Shown here: one piece after another, positions 46,306-55,486 of the stretch
How positions within the stretch are numbered: position 1 is the stretch's first letter
Layout of the letters: every line of letters begins with the position of its first letter
Source of the DNA: Pseudomonadota bacterium
GTDB lineage: Bacteria; Bdellovibrionota_B; Oligoflexia; Silvanigrellales; Silvanigrellaceae
Direction: 5' to 3'
DNA length: 64,000 nucleotides
NCBI GenBank assembly: GCA_039799905.1
Contig: JBDLRP010000021.1
Coordinates: forward strand, 160,001 to 224,000
The notes under the pieces: model-generated
Told to the model about the DNA's origin: nothing
What the model saw: only the letters and a program-made list of their open reading frames with translations
The model's database searches: none
Made by a program: the position numbers and the translations under genes

Positions 46306-47439
46306 TTATTTGAGCCGTATTTCGATCACGAAGCCAGTATTGTTGTTTTTAAACTCAAATTCTGTGGCGCAAGCGTGAGCCAGATCAATCCAAGTGATCA
46401 GACTGATGAGTGCATAAAGCGTGTTGGGCGAATTCGCAGGATCGGGAGCAAGTGCCGCAAGCCCCTTCTCAATCCGATCGTTGACCGATGCAGTCGAGTC
46501 ATTCGCAAGCGCAAGATAATCTTCGGGCATCGAAAATCCATCGACCTCCCAGCGCGCGACAACCCTTCCCTGCACACTTTTGGCCGAAAAAACTACACTT
46601 GAACCGCGTCGCGCAAAATAGGCTGATGCTCGCCAAGGACCAACCAAAAGACGGCGCAAGAGACCTTCCTGCGCGGTCGCGCGCAGAGGAGTCACGATCG
46701 CGGCCTCGATGTTGATCCCCTTGCGGCGCCATGTGGTGTCGAAGGAATCGGCCACCTCACGAAAAACAACAGCGGCATCGAGCTGCTTGGGTGGATTTTT
46801 ACTGACAAGCTTGCTGATCATGCCTTGCGGATCGTTGGCCAGATAAATTTCAAACTCATCAAGACTGTCGACAACCTCGTTCCAACGGCGCTTGAGGAGG
46901 TTAGCCGATTCCGAAACTCCGGCCGACGGTTCCACTGCTGCTCTGTCGGAAAATGGTTTCACATTCTGAAACGACTTCTCGCTCGCATAAGCGCGCACCT
47001 GAGAAACGAATTGCGAGAGAGCCAGTTCGGGGGCAGGGGGTCCGCGGCGCCCTTCGTCGAGATTCAACTGCCCGCGCAGCCACTTTAAAGCCACAGACAT
47101 CGACGGCTCTCCGGAATGCAGCGGAAGCAGGGCAGAGAATTGGCCGCCGACAAAGCGAATCAAAATAAAAAACGCGATGATCGGACCGAGAGCGGTCACC
47201 AATGTTCCTATTATGGCTGGACTGCCCGAGTTCATCAGACGCGCGCCGGCAAAAGCCAAGACTGTACTGACCACGAGTGCGAGGATAATTGCGCGCAGGC
47301 GCATCAATTGCGAGAATATTGAAAGCAAAACATGAACGGCTTTGGGTGCCTGCTCGGGCGCCAAAACAGGCGCGGCGGCCTGTGCTTTCTTTTTACCGGA
47401 CGGTGCGTACCACGGCTCCGGATTATTGTGTTGACTCAT
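46306..47439 (-). CDS. Two-TM membrane protein with degenerate histidine-kinase-like (HATPase_c) C-terminal domain
   Basis: Two TM helices; C-terminal pattern LDAAVVFREV..F....RKGINIE...LLRRLL...SSVVFSA...VVARWEVDG...GFVIEIRL. Confidence 0.55.
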   Translation of the reverse strand: MSQHNNPEPWYAPSGKKKAQAAAPVLAPEQAPKAVHVLLSIFSQLMRLRAIILALVVSTVLAFAGARLMNSGSPAIIGTLVTALGPIIAFFILIRFVGGQFSALLPLHSGEPSMSVALKWLRGQLNLDEGRRGPPAPELALSQFVSQVRAYASEKSFQNVKPFSDRAAVEPSAGVSESANLLKRRWNEVVDSLDEFEIYLANDPQGMISKLVSKNPPKQLDAAVVFREVADSFDTTWRRKGINIEAAIVTPLRATAQEGLLRRLLVGPWRASAYFARRGSSVVFSAKSVQGRVVARWEVDGFSMPEDYLALANDSTASVNDRIEKGLAALAPDPANSPNTLYALISLITWIDLAHACATEFEFKNNNTGFVIEIRLK

Positions 47440-47455
47440 CGGGAACTCCCGAGCG

Positions 47456-49228
47456 TTACGTTTGGGTCGATACAGCCAAATCAATGATGCGCAGTTCCGA
47501 CTTCAAACGCCCTCCCCAACGGGAAAGTCGCCCCTCGACCACAAGATCGACAGCTTCCTTGCTGGCAACAAACTGCTCAATTTCGGAAGCCAAGCCAAAT
47601 GCCGTCAGGGGAGTCGCTTCGTCTTGCGAAAGCCACACCCTTGCATGCTTTGAATCCGGTGCCTGACCGATTCGTTTACTATGCCCCAGCTTGACCCGCC
47701 TTATCAACCACTTCGGACGAGGATTTTCAGCTCCGAACGGCTCCATCGCATCCATCAGGCGGCAGAGTCGGTTTGTGATCAAATCGCAGGGAACTATGCC
47801 GTCCAATTCCAATTTAGGAGACGGCAAGCGACCACCCAGCCCATCGCGCACTGCTGTTTCAAAGGTTTGAGTCAGCCAAGGCAAATCAGCCGGATCGAGG
47901 GTCATACCGACGGCGTAGCCGTGTCCGCCGAAAGAAATGAATTTCTCTCGGTAAGGAGCAAGAGCCGAATAAATATCGTAACCAGGAATACTGCGACCGC
48001 TTCCTTTGATCTTGCCGTCGGCATGGGTGAGGATCAGCGTTGGTTTATGAAGCTTCTCGGCAACCCTCGAAGCGACCAGACCAACCACACCCGCATGCCA
48101 GTTGCCGTCGCACAACACCACTGAATAGTACTCATGAGTCCAGCGCGTGGTTTGCAATAAAGCCTGTTCAACAGCCTTTTTTTCCAACTCCTGCCGTGCA
48201 GCATTTTCGCCATGTAGAAACTCTGCGATTTCCTGCGCGCGCAGGGGATCCTGAGTCATAAGCAGTTCGGCCGATGCCATTGCTGAACCCAAGCGTCCGG
48301 CAGCATTCAGGCGTGGACCGATTTTGAAGCCGACGTCGGTTGCATCGACGATCCCGTTTTCTTCCTTCCAACCGGCCAGCTTGAGCAAAGCGGTCACTCC
48401 GGATCGCTGGCCGTTCAAAACATTTTCATAGATCACCGACAATCCAATGCGACACAAAATATGATTCACACCGTTGAGCGGAGCGACGTCGGCGATCGAA
48501 CCAATCGCAACCAAATCGAGATATTTTTTGAGATTGAGTTTTTCAGCTGCCGCAACTCCCTGCTCACGCAGTTGCGCGCGCAAGGAAATCAATAGGTAGA
48601 AAGCGACACCTACTCCGGCGAGCATCTTGAACGGATATTCGCAACCGGGCTGCTTGGGATTCAGTATGGCAAAAGCATCGGGAAGCACTTCAGGCGGCTC
48701 GTGATGGTCGGTGATGATAACATCGAGACCAAGTTCGCGGGCACGCTCGCACGCTTTCACTGCAGAGATTCCGTTGTCGACGGTGATGATCAATCCGCCA
48801 CCGGATTGAGAGATTTTTTCGAGGCCTACCGGATTCAAGCCGTAACCTTCCGTCAGGCGATCCGGAATATAAACATCAACCTGATACCCAAGCTCTGCAA
48901 ATGCGAGTTTGAGCAACGCGCACGAAGTTGTGCCGTCCACGTCATAGTCACCGAAAATAACAATCCGCTCGTTGCGCGACATCGCCAGCTGAATGCGCGC
49001 AACCGCCTTGCGGATGTCTTTCATAAGTTCCCAGCGCGGCAGATGCGCCAACAATTCCCTGTCGGCAAGAATGCCTTTTTCGCTGATTCCGCGCAGGCGC
49101 ATGAGACGGTCTGAAAAATACGGTTCGTACGATTCGCTCTCTGTCAGTGAATCGTCACGTAGGAACCAACGGTAGCGGGCAGATTCTCCGACAAACGCGG
49201 AGGAGTCATCCATGGAGTGAGTCTGCAT
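47456..49228 (-). CDS. recJ: Single-stranded-DNA exonuclease RecJ
   Basis: GDYDVDG, PDRLTEGYG, TVDNG, TDHH, GSIADV, PRLNAAGRL, KGSGRS, GGH, EPFG.ENP. Confidence 0.96.
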   Translation of the reverse strand: MQTHSMDDSSAFVGESARYRWFLRDDSLTESESYEPYFSDRLMRLRGISEKGILADRELLAHLPRWELMKDIRKAVARIQLAMSRNERIVIFGDYDVDGTTSCALLKLAFAELGYQVDVYIPDRLTEGYGLNPVGLEKISQSGGGLIITVDNGISAVKACERARELGLDVIITDHHEPPEVLPDAFAILNPKQPGCEYPFKMLAGVGVAFYLLISLRAQLREQGVAAAEKLNLKKYLDLVAIGSIADVAPLNGVNHILCRIGLSVIYENVLNGQRSGVTALLKLAGWKEENGIVDATDVGFKIGPRLNAAGRLGSAMASAELLMTQDPLRAQEIAEFLHGENAARQELEKKAVEQALLQTTRWTHEYYSVVLCDGNWHAGVVGLVASRVAEKLHKPTLILTHADGKIKGSGRSIPGYDIYSALAPYREKFISFGGHGYAVGMTLDPADLPWLTQTFETAVRDGLGGRLPSPKLELDGIVPCDLITNRLCRLMDAMEPFGAENPRPKWLIRRVKLGHSKRIGQAPDSKHARVWLSQDEATPLTAFGLASEIEQFVASKEAVDLVVEGRLSRWGGRLKSELRIIDLAVSTQT

Positions 49229-49240
49229 GATTTGCTTTGC

Positions 49241-50278
49241 TTAAGACGGACGGCGACGGATCACCACCGGAGGAATTTCATTGGGGTCTTTTTTCTGTTT
49301 AGCCTTCTGCGCCGGATCGGTCGGCCGCCAGCCGGCTTTCTTGAGCACATCATCCATCCAGATGGTGAGCGGCGCTGCAACGTAAATAGATGAATAGGTA
49401 CCGACCAAGATACCGATGAACATTGTCAGCGCGAAGTCTTCAATCGCACCGCCGCCCAAAAAAGTCAGAATCAGCAGTGCACCCAAACCCGTCGCCGAGG
49501 TGAGTACCGTACGGTTCATAGTTTGGCTAATACTCCGGTTGATCACATCGAGCATTGGCATCTTGGGCGAGGTTTCCTGAGTTTCTCGAATGCGGTCGTA
49601 AACGATCACCGTGTCGTTGATGGAATAGCCGACAATCGTCAGGAACGCGGCGATGGATGACGTCGAAAAAGGCTTGTCGAGCGCGGTCATGAAGCCGAGC
49701 GCGATGATAACGTCGTGAATAAGGCAAACCACCGCACCGGGTGAAAAGCGCGCGTCGAAGCGGAGTGCAATATAAGCCAAAATTCCGAGGAACGAGAGAA
49801 TCAGCGCGAAGTAACCCTTGCGTTCTTCCTCTTTACCAATTTTTCCGGAGATATTGGTTTTGGAATCCAACTTGATTTTGTCTGCACCGACAGTTGACTC
49901 GAGTTTTTTGTAAAGCTCGTCAGCCTTCCCGCCGATTTCCTTTTCATCTTGTCCGCGTTCGCGCTGGATGCGCAGAACAAACGAAGCCACTTTGTCTTTG
50001 GCGACGTCCCCAATGCTGGTCACTTCTAGCTTGCCGACGTTGGCCTGCTCGGCGATCTGCAGGATCTTTTCGCGGGTGTAACTTGTGTCTGTCAAAGACA
50101 CATGAATCTCGGAACCACCCAAGAAGTCGATGCTGTAGTTGACTCCCTTGATGCCCACAACGAGCAGCGAGGCGATCACCATGACAAGCGAAATGCCGAT
50201 CGTCACTCCCCGCCACTTCATGAAATCAAATGTGTACTGCGGCGGAAAAATTTCAACGTTACCAAATTTAAGTCTCAT
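49241..50278 (-). CDS. secF: Protein translocase subunit SecF
   Basis: IDFLGG, HDVII, LTIVGYSINDTVIVYDRIRE, GTYSSIYVA. Confidence 0.96.
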   Translation of the reverse strand: MRLKFGNVEIFPPQYTFDFMKWRGVTIGISLVMVIASLLVVGIKGVNYSIDFLGGSEIHVSLTDTSYTREKILQIAEQANVGKLEVTSIGDVAKDKVASFVLRIQRERGQDEKEIGGKADELYKKLESTVGADKIKLDSKTNISGKIGKEEERKGYFALILSFLGILAYIALRFDARFSPGAVVCLIHDVIIALGFMTALDKPFSTSSIAAFLTIVGYSINDTVIVYDRIRETQETSPKMPMLDVINRSISQTMNRTVLTSATGLGALLILTFLGGGAIEDFALTMFIGILVGTYSSIYVAAPLTIWMDDVLKKAGWRPTDPAQKAKQKKDPNEIPPVVIRRRPS

Positions 50279-50302
50279 GTCGGAATCCTCACTCAGGCAT
50301 CT

Positions 50303-52123
50303 TCAGCTGAAACGGCGGATGCGGGTTTTTTCAATCAACCACTGACCAATCACTTCGGTCACATAGTATGAAGAAAACAGCGTCGAGATGATTCCCGCCA
50401 ACAGCGTAATGGCAAAGCCCTTGACCGCAGGGTTGCCGTAAATCAGCAACACCAAACCAGCGACAGCCGAGGTCACATGCGCATCGACAAGCGTTTCAAA
50501 ACTCTGGTTGTATCCGCGATAAAAAGCTTGTTTTGAATTGAGTCCGTTGCGCATTTCCTCACGGATGCGCTCGTTGATAATCACGTTGCCATCAACCGCA
50601 ACCGCCATCGTCAGCACGATTCCGGCAATTCCAGGCAGCGTGAGGGTTGCACCAAATGCCGCCAGAAAGGCGAGAATCAACACGGCGTTCAGAAGCATGG
50701 CGATGTTTGCGACCATTCCGGAAACGCCATAAAAATAGAGCATGAAGCCTACAACGAGCACACCGGCAAAAACTGAACTGACAACGCCGGCTTTGATGTT
50801 TTCTTCGCCTTCACTCGGACCGACCTGACGCTCTTCGATGATTTTCACACTGGCCGGAAGCGCACCAGCACGCAAAACAAGCGCGAGATCCTGAGCGTCC
50901 TTGCGTTGCTGCTCCATATCTTGCCCACGGCCAAGGGTGATTTGCGCGCGGCCTCCCAAAATCGGCTCGTTCACAACCGGTGCGCTCGTGATGTTCTCGT
51001 CGAGGATAATAGCAATCTGATGCGGCGCGTTTTGCGGCTCACGCGCCTGCTTGGTCAGGTCACCAAAAACTTTTGTGCCCTGTGGATTGAAGTTCAGGCT
51101 CACAACATACTGCGGAACAAGGCTACTTTGGTCTGCGTTCTCGACAGCACTTTCGATCATGTCTCCCGTTAGGCGTGAGGTTGCCTCAACAAGATAAGGA
51201 ACAGCGTTGACAACTTTCGAAACTCCACCCGAAACCTCGAGTTTGCGGTCGAGCATAACGGTCAGTGAGGATGCGATTTTGCGATTATCCCTAAGCCACT
51301 GAGAGATCTTTTGAATAGTTTCCGGCTTGGTGTCGTCTTTGGGAAGATTGAGTGCCGTGCGAGCCTCAGCCATCGCAGTTTCAAGCTGGTCGGTTCTGAG
51401 CTCAGCCGAAACCAAACGGAAGTCGAGCTGCGCCGTGTTGCCAATCAGCTGTTTTGCGCGGGCCGGATCCTGCAAACCTGGCATCTGAACAACAACGCGG
51501 CGATCGCCCTGACGAAAAATGTTGGGCTCAGCAACGCCGAATTGGTCAATACGGTTGCGGATGGTGTTGATGGCCTGCTGGAGAATTTCCGCACTGTACA
51601 CCTCGACACTGGCTGGCTGCGCGACGAAGCCCACAGTCTTGCCTTCGGTCTTGTCGAACTGAATCAGGATGGTTTGCTCGGAAACAATTTTCTTGAAGGC
51701 GTCGGCTTTTGTAGCGTCCTCCAATTCAACCGTGGTGCGATAGTCATCGGCCACGTTGGCAGAGACAGATTTGATTCCTTCCTTTTCGCCCAAGTCGCGC
51801 GCGCGCGCCACGGCTCTCAAAACAGAGTCCTTGACCGATTTTTCGACGTCCACCTCAAGCACCAGATGCAAACCGCCCTTGAGGTCGAGACCGAGTGAAA
51901 TCCGCTGCGCAGGCAGAACCGATTCGGCAATGCGGTGATACCACTTCACTGGCTTGCCCACGGTTTCCTCGCCGACGGGAGCCTCACGCTGCCACGTCTG
52001 CGGGTCACCCAAAAAAGTCGGAATCGTGAATGCGACTGAAAACAGGAGTGCACAAAGCGTCAAAGAAAACTTGACCCACCACATCAGCGGCAGGCCTGTG
52101 AAAATTCCCTGGCCTTTTTCCAT
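50303..52123 (-). CDS. secD: Protein translocase subunit SecD
   Basis: LGLDLKGG, RNRIDQFGVAEP, LRAGALPA, TLTLPGIAG, AVDGNVIINERIREE. Confidence 0.97.
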   Translation of the reverse strand: MEKGQGIFTGLPLMWWVKFSLTLCALLFSVAFTIPTFLGDPQTWQREAPVGEETVGKPVKWYHRIAESVLPAQRISLGLDLKGGLHLVLEVDVEKSVKDSVLRAVARARDLGEKEGIKSVSANVADDYRTTVELEDATKADAFKKIVSEQTILIQFDKTEGKTVGFVAQPASVEVYSAEILQQAINTIRNRIDQFGVAEPNIFRQGDRRVVVQMPGLQDPARAKQLIGNTAQLDFRLVSAELRTDQLETAMAEARTALNLPKDDTKPETIQKISQWLRDNRKIASSLTVMLDRKLEVSGGVSKVVNAVPYLVEATSRLTGDMIESAVENADQSSLVPQYVVSLNFNPQGTKVFGDLTKQAREPQNAPHQIAIILDENITSAPVVNEPILGGRAQITLGRGQDMEQQRKDAQDLALVLRAGALPASVKIIEERQVGPSEGEENIKAGVVSSVFAGVLVVGFMLYFYGVSGMVANIAMLLNAVLILAFLAAFGATLTLPGIAGIVLTMAVAVDGNVIINERIREEMRNGLNSKQAFYRGYNQSFETLVDAHVTSAVAGLVLLIYGNPAVKGFAITLLAGIISTLFSSYYVTEVIGQWLIEKTRIRRFS

Positions 52124-52228
52124 AGCCCGTAGTTCCTCGGCAGCTGTGAACGTTCAAACGATAATAAATGGCAACAGTAGCAAAGAAGCATTCACTTTGG
52201 CCACCTGCGGAGAAAAAATTACGAATAG

Positions 52229-52275
52229 CAAAACCGCCCTTTGGGTTCAGATTGCTTACCCGAAGAGCGGTTTTG
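52229..52275 (-). other. Long hairpin between yajC and secD
   Basis: Minus strand CAAAACCGCTCTTCGGGT-loop-ACCCAAAGGGCGGTTTTG, about 18 bp with one mismatch and one G.U pair. Confidence 0.65.
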
Positions 52276-52318
52276 AAAGATAGTCACTGAGAGCGCAGTT
52301 GTCGGACTGTCTGCTGAA

Positions 52319-52765
52319 TTATTGTGCAGCTGAAAGGCTTGGCTTGCCCAGTTCTCCGGAGATCGTTGTCTTGAGGACGCGGACGCTCGTGCTGCCGAGG
52401 TCAAGAGTGACAATCGTGTCGGTGATGGTTGTGATGCGGCCAATGAGTCCGCTGGCCGTGACAACTTCCATACCCGTCTTCAGGCTCTCAATAAAATTCT
52501 TGTGCTCTTTTTGGCGCTTTTGCTGCGGACGGATGACAAAAAGGAACATGAACAGAATCATGCCGCCAAAAATAACAAGATTCATCCACGCCGGTGCTGC
52601 ACCCGAAGCTGCAGGCACTCCCGCAGGTGATGCTCCACCCGGAACCGCCACAGGACCGTCTGCGGCAGGAGCCTGAGCAAGTGCAGCCAGAGAATAAGAC
52701 ATCGAGTAAATAGACGCTGAAACTGCAACAGCTGCGCCCTTGAAGAATGTGCCAACGTTCGCCAT
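52319..52765 (-). CDS. yajC: Preprotein translocase subunit YajC
   Basis: FLFVIRPQQKRQKEH...LKTGMEVVTASGLIG; upstream of secDF. Confidence 0.95.
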   Translation of the reverse strand: MANVGTFFKGAAVAVSASIYSMSYSLAALAQAPAADGPVAVPGGASPAGVPAASGAAPAWMNLVIFGGMILFMFLFVIRPQQKRQKEHKNFIESLKTGMEVVTASGLIGRITTITDTIVTLDLGSTSVRVLKTTISGELGKPSLSAAQ

Positions 52766-52792
52766 GACATTTAACTCCGTGTGAATGACCCG

Positions 52793-52826
52793 AAAAAAAA
52801 GCAGACCCTTTGCTCAGGCCTGCTTT
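52793..52826 (-). terminator. Rho-independent terminator after the acyl-CoA dehydrogenase gene
   Basis: Minus strand GCAGGCC...GGTCTGC stem followed by eight T. Confidence 0.75.
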
Positions 52827-52854
52827 ACCTTTGATTCGGCCGATGTCCGCCTCT

Positions 52855-54021
52855 TTAACGGTTCAGACACAGCTTTGCAATCGTCTGCAACTGCATATTC
52901 GAGGTGCCTTCGTAAATTTTCCCAATCTTTGCATCGCGGTAAAATTTCTCGGCAGGGAATTCCTTGATGAAGCCATAGCCGCCAAAAAGCTCGAGCGCGA
53001 TGCTCGAAACACGCTCGGCCACATCGCTGGCAAAGTGTTTGGCCATTGCAGCTTCGCGGACAAAGTCCATGCCGGCATCCTTGAGTCGCGCTGCATTGTA
53101 TACCATCAATTTTGCCGCCTCGATGTCAACCGCCATCTGCGCGATCTGGAACTGGACTCCCTGAAACTCGCTGAGTGCCTTGCCAAACTGCTCGCGCTGA
53201 CGAACGTAGGTCATTGCGGCCGCGTATGCGCCCTCGGCAAGACCAAGCATTTGCGCCGCAATACCAATGCGGCCTTCATTGAGCGTCTCGATTGCAATCT
53301 TGTAGCCCTTGCCGACTTCACCGAGAAGGTTCTCCTTGGGCACCTTGCAGTCTTCGAAAATGAGCTCGCACGTGCTGCTGGCGCGGATGCCAAGTTTCAT
53401 TTCCTTTTTGCCCAGAGCAAAACCGCTCATGCCTTTTTCAACAACAAAAGCTGTGATGCCTTTGTAGCCCGCCTCGGGGTTGAGGTTTGCAAAAACGATG
53501 AAAATATCTGCTTCTTTGGCGTTGGTGATAAAGACTTTCTTTCCGTTCAGACGGTAATGGGTTCCTTCGTCCCATGCACGGGTGCGCAACGCGAAGGCGT
53601 CGGAACCACTGTTGGGTTCAGTCAAGCAGTACGAACCAACTTTAGAACCGGTGAGCTGCGGCAGATATTTGTTCTTGAGGTGCTCAGTTCCCCATTTGAG
53701 GAATGCGTTTTCCACGAGAGTATTTTGCACGTCCATGAGAACGCTGACGCTCGGATCGACCTGTGCAAGAGCCTCGATAATCAAAATCGCATTGAAAAAA
53801 GTACTGCCTGTTCCGCCGTATTTTTCGGGAACCTCGACACCCATAAAGCCGAGCTCATGCATCTTGCGGATGATTGACGGATCCATCGTCTCGGTTTCAT
53901 CCATCGTGTGCACGAGCGGCGCGATTTCTTTTTTTGCAAAATCCAGCGCCGACTGGAAAAACATTTTTTCGTCTTCAGAGAGATGGGTCAGAGGTACTGA
54001 TTTTGCGTGTACGTCGGTCAT
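52855..54021 (-). CDS. Short/branched-chain acyl-CoA dehydrogenase
   Basis: CLTEPNSGSDA, NGKKVFITN, KLGIRASST, RIGIAAQ, REQFG, GGYG, KIYEGTSNMQ. Confidence 0.95.
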   Translation of the reverse strand: MTDVHAKSVPLTHLSEDEKMFFQSALDFAKKEIAPLVHTMDETETMDPSIIRKMHELGFMGVEVPEKYGGTGSTFFNAILIIEALAQVDPSVSVLMDVQNTLVENAFLKWGTEHLKNKYLPQLTGSKVGSYCLTEPNSGSDAFALRTRAWDEGTHYRLNGKKVFITNAKEADIFIVFANLNPEAGYKGITAFVVEKGMSGFALGKKEMKLGIRASSTCELIFEDCKVPKENLLGEVGKGYKIAIETLNEGRIGIAAQMLGLAEGAYAAAMTYVRQREQFGKALSEFQGVQFQIAQMAVDIEAAKLMVYNAARLKDAGMDFVREAAMAKHFASDVAERVSSIALELFGGYGFIKEFPAEKFYRDAKIGKIYEGTSNMQLQTIAKLCLNR

Positions 54022-54122
54022 GTGTCGTTCCTTCCTGAAATCGGTCAGCCGGCTGCGCCCTCCGGAGCCACGGCTGATTCAACCTTAGAGCGTCCGCGAT
54101 CCTCTATGCAACTTATCGGGAT

Positions 54123-55475
54123 TCATTTTGCCAAAACTTGAAGAAGTGAATCTAGAACCAGATCAAAGTGCCGATGGTCGGCGATCAGCGGCGGGGTAAA
54201 TGAAAGCACATCGCCGCGCGGTCCGGAGGGCAGCGTAATGAAGCCAAGCAACAGAAGTTGTTCAGAAATTCCTGCGGCAAAACCGGCCGGAGCAGCCGGA
54301 AACCAGATCCCGCGCATGTGACCGCGTCCCCGCAATGCAATGGGCTGTTCATTGCCAAGACCACGCTCGCGGTAGGTATTTAAGAAGCGCTCAAAACTCT
54401 GCTCAATTTTTAACAATTGCTGTTTAAACTCCGGCATTTTCCGGATGATCTCACTCACAGCCGCATGACCCACCGCACACGCCAGCGGATGACCCAGAAA
54501 AGTGCTCGTGTGGCGGGCTTCACCAGATGATTTGCCCCATGCATCCAGACAATCACCTACACATGCACTCAGCGGAAGGCCACCTCCAAGCGCCTTTCCA
54601 AGCACCATCAGATCTGGAACAACTCCCTCATGCTCATATGCGAACAATGTTCCGGTGCGCCCGAATCCAGTGTAAATCTCATCAAAAATCAACATGGTTC
54701 CAAACTGGTGCGCAAGCTTTTTTACATGCGACAAAAATCCCGAAGGCCAAGTGCGTTCCCCACCGCGACCCTGCAAAGGCTCCATCACAACTGCGGCTAC
54801 CTGACGGCTGCGCAGTGCATCCTCGAGCCGTTCAAGCACTGTGTCCCAGTGTTCGAGTGAATGTTGTTTTTGAAAAAAATCGTCATCCAGCTTTTCGCAA
54901 CCAACCGAACTTTCGAGTTGAGTGCGCGGAAATGGAATCACTGAATTTTTATTCTCGAGCCAAGGCTCAAATCCGCGGGTGAATGTGGACCGATCCGAAA
55001 GCGCGAGAGGTCCGAAATGCAATCCGTGATAGCCGCCGGAAAAACTCACGAAGCGATGCCGTCCCGTGACGATCATCGCCGTCTTGAGCGCAGACTCCAT
55101 TGCCTCGCCACCTGAAAGACTCAACACGGACTTGGCCGCATCATAGGGCGTGATGCGAGCGAGCAGCTCAAGCAGCATGACCTTGGATGCCGTGGGATGA
55201 ACGTCACCCATGCCGTGAATCAACTTCGCGGACTGCGCGCGCAAAGCGCGGCGCACCACGGGATGCCCGTGTCCCAGCGCGACAACACCAAAACACGCCG
55301 TAAAATCGAGATACCGGTTGCCATCAACGTCACTCACACGCATGCCGCGCGCCTTGTGCATCATGATCGGAAAATTTTCCGACACGTATGTCACATCGGG
55401 TGATTCAACCTTTTGCAAGCGCTCGAGCCAGCGTTTGCTTTGAGTGGTGACGCGCGGGCCCCGCCGATGTCTCAT
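54123..55475 (-). CDS. Class III PLP aminotransferase
   Basis: DVDGNRYLD, GHGHP, SGGEA, YHG, EPLQGRGG, FDEIYTGFGRTG, PDLMVLGKALGGG. Confidence 0.92.
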   Translation of the reverse strand: MRHRRGPRVTTQSKRWLERLQKVESPDVTYVSENFPIMMHKARGMRVSDVDGNRYLDFTACFGVVALGHGHPVVRRALRAQSAKLIHGMGDVHPTASKVMLLELLARITPYDAAKSVLSLSGGEAMESALKTAMIVTGRHRFVSFSGGYHGLHFGPLALSDRSTFTRGFEPWLENKNSVIPFPRTQLESSVGCEKLDDDFFQKQHSLEHWDTVLERLEDALRSRQVAAVVMEPLQGRGGERTWPSGFLSHVKKLAHQFGTMLIFDEIYTGFGRTGTLFAYEHEGVVPDLMVLGKALGGGLPLSACVGDCLDAWGKSSGEARHTSTFLGHPLACAVGHAAVSEIIRKMPEFKQQLLKIEQSFERFLNTYRERGLGNEQPIALRGRGHMRGIWFPAAPAGFAAGISEQLLLLGFITLPSGPRGDVLSFTPPLIADHRHFDLVLDSLLQVLAK

Positions 55476-55486
55476 CAGTTCAAACC

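Noticed and set aside
52810..53877. 355-aa ORF antisense to the acyl-CoA dehydrogenase
   Set aside because: Antisense shadow of a highly conserved gene.
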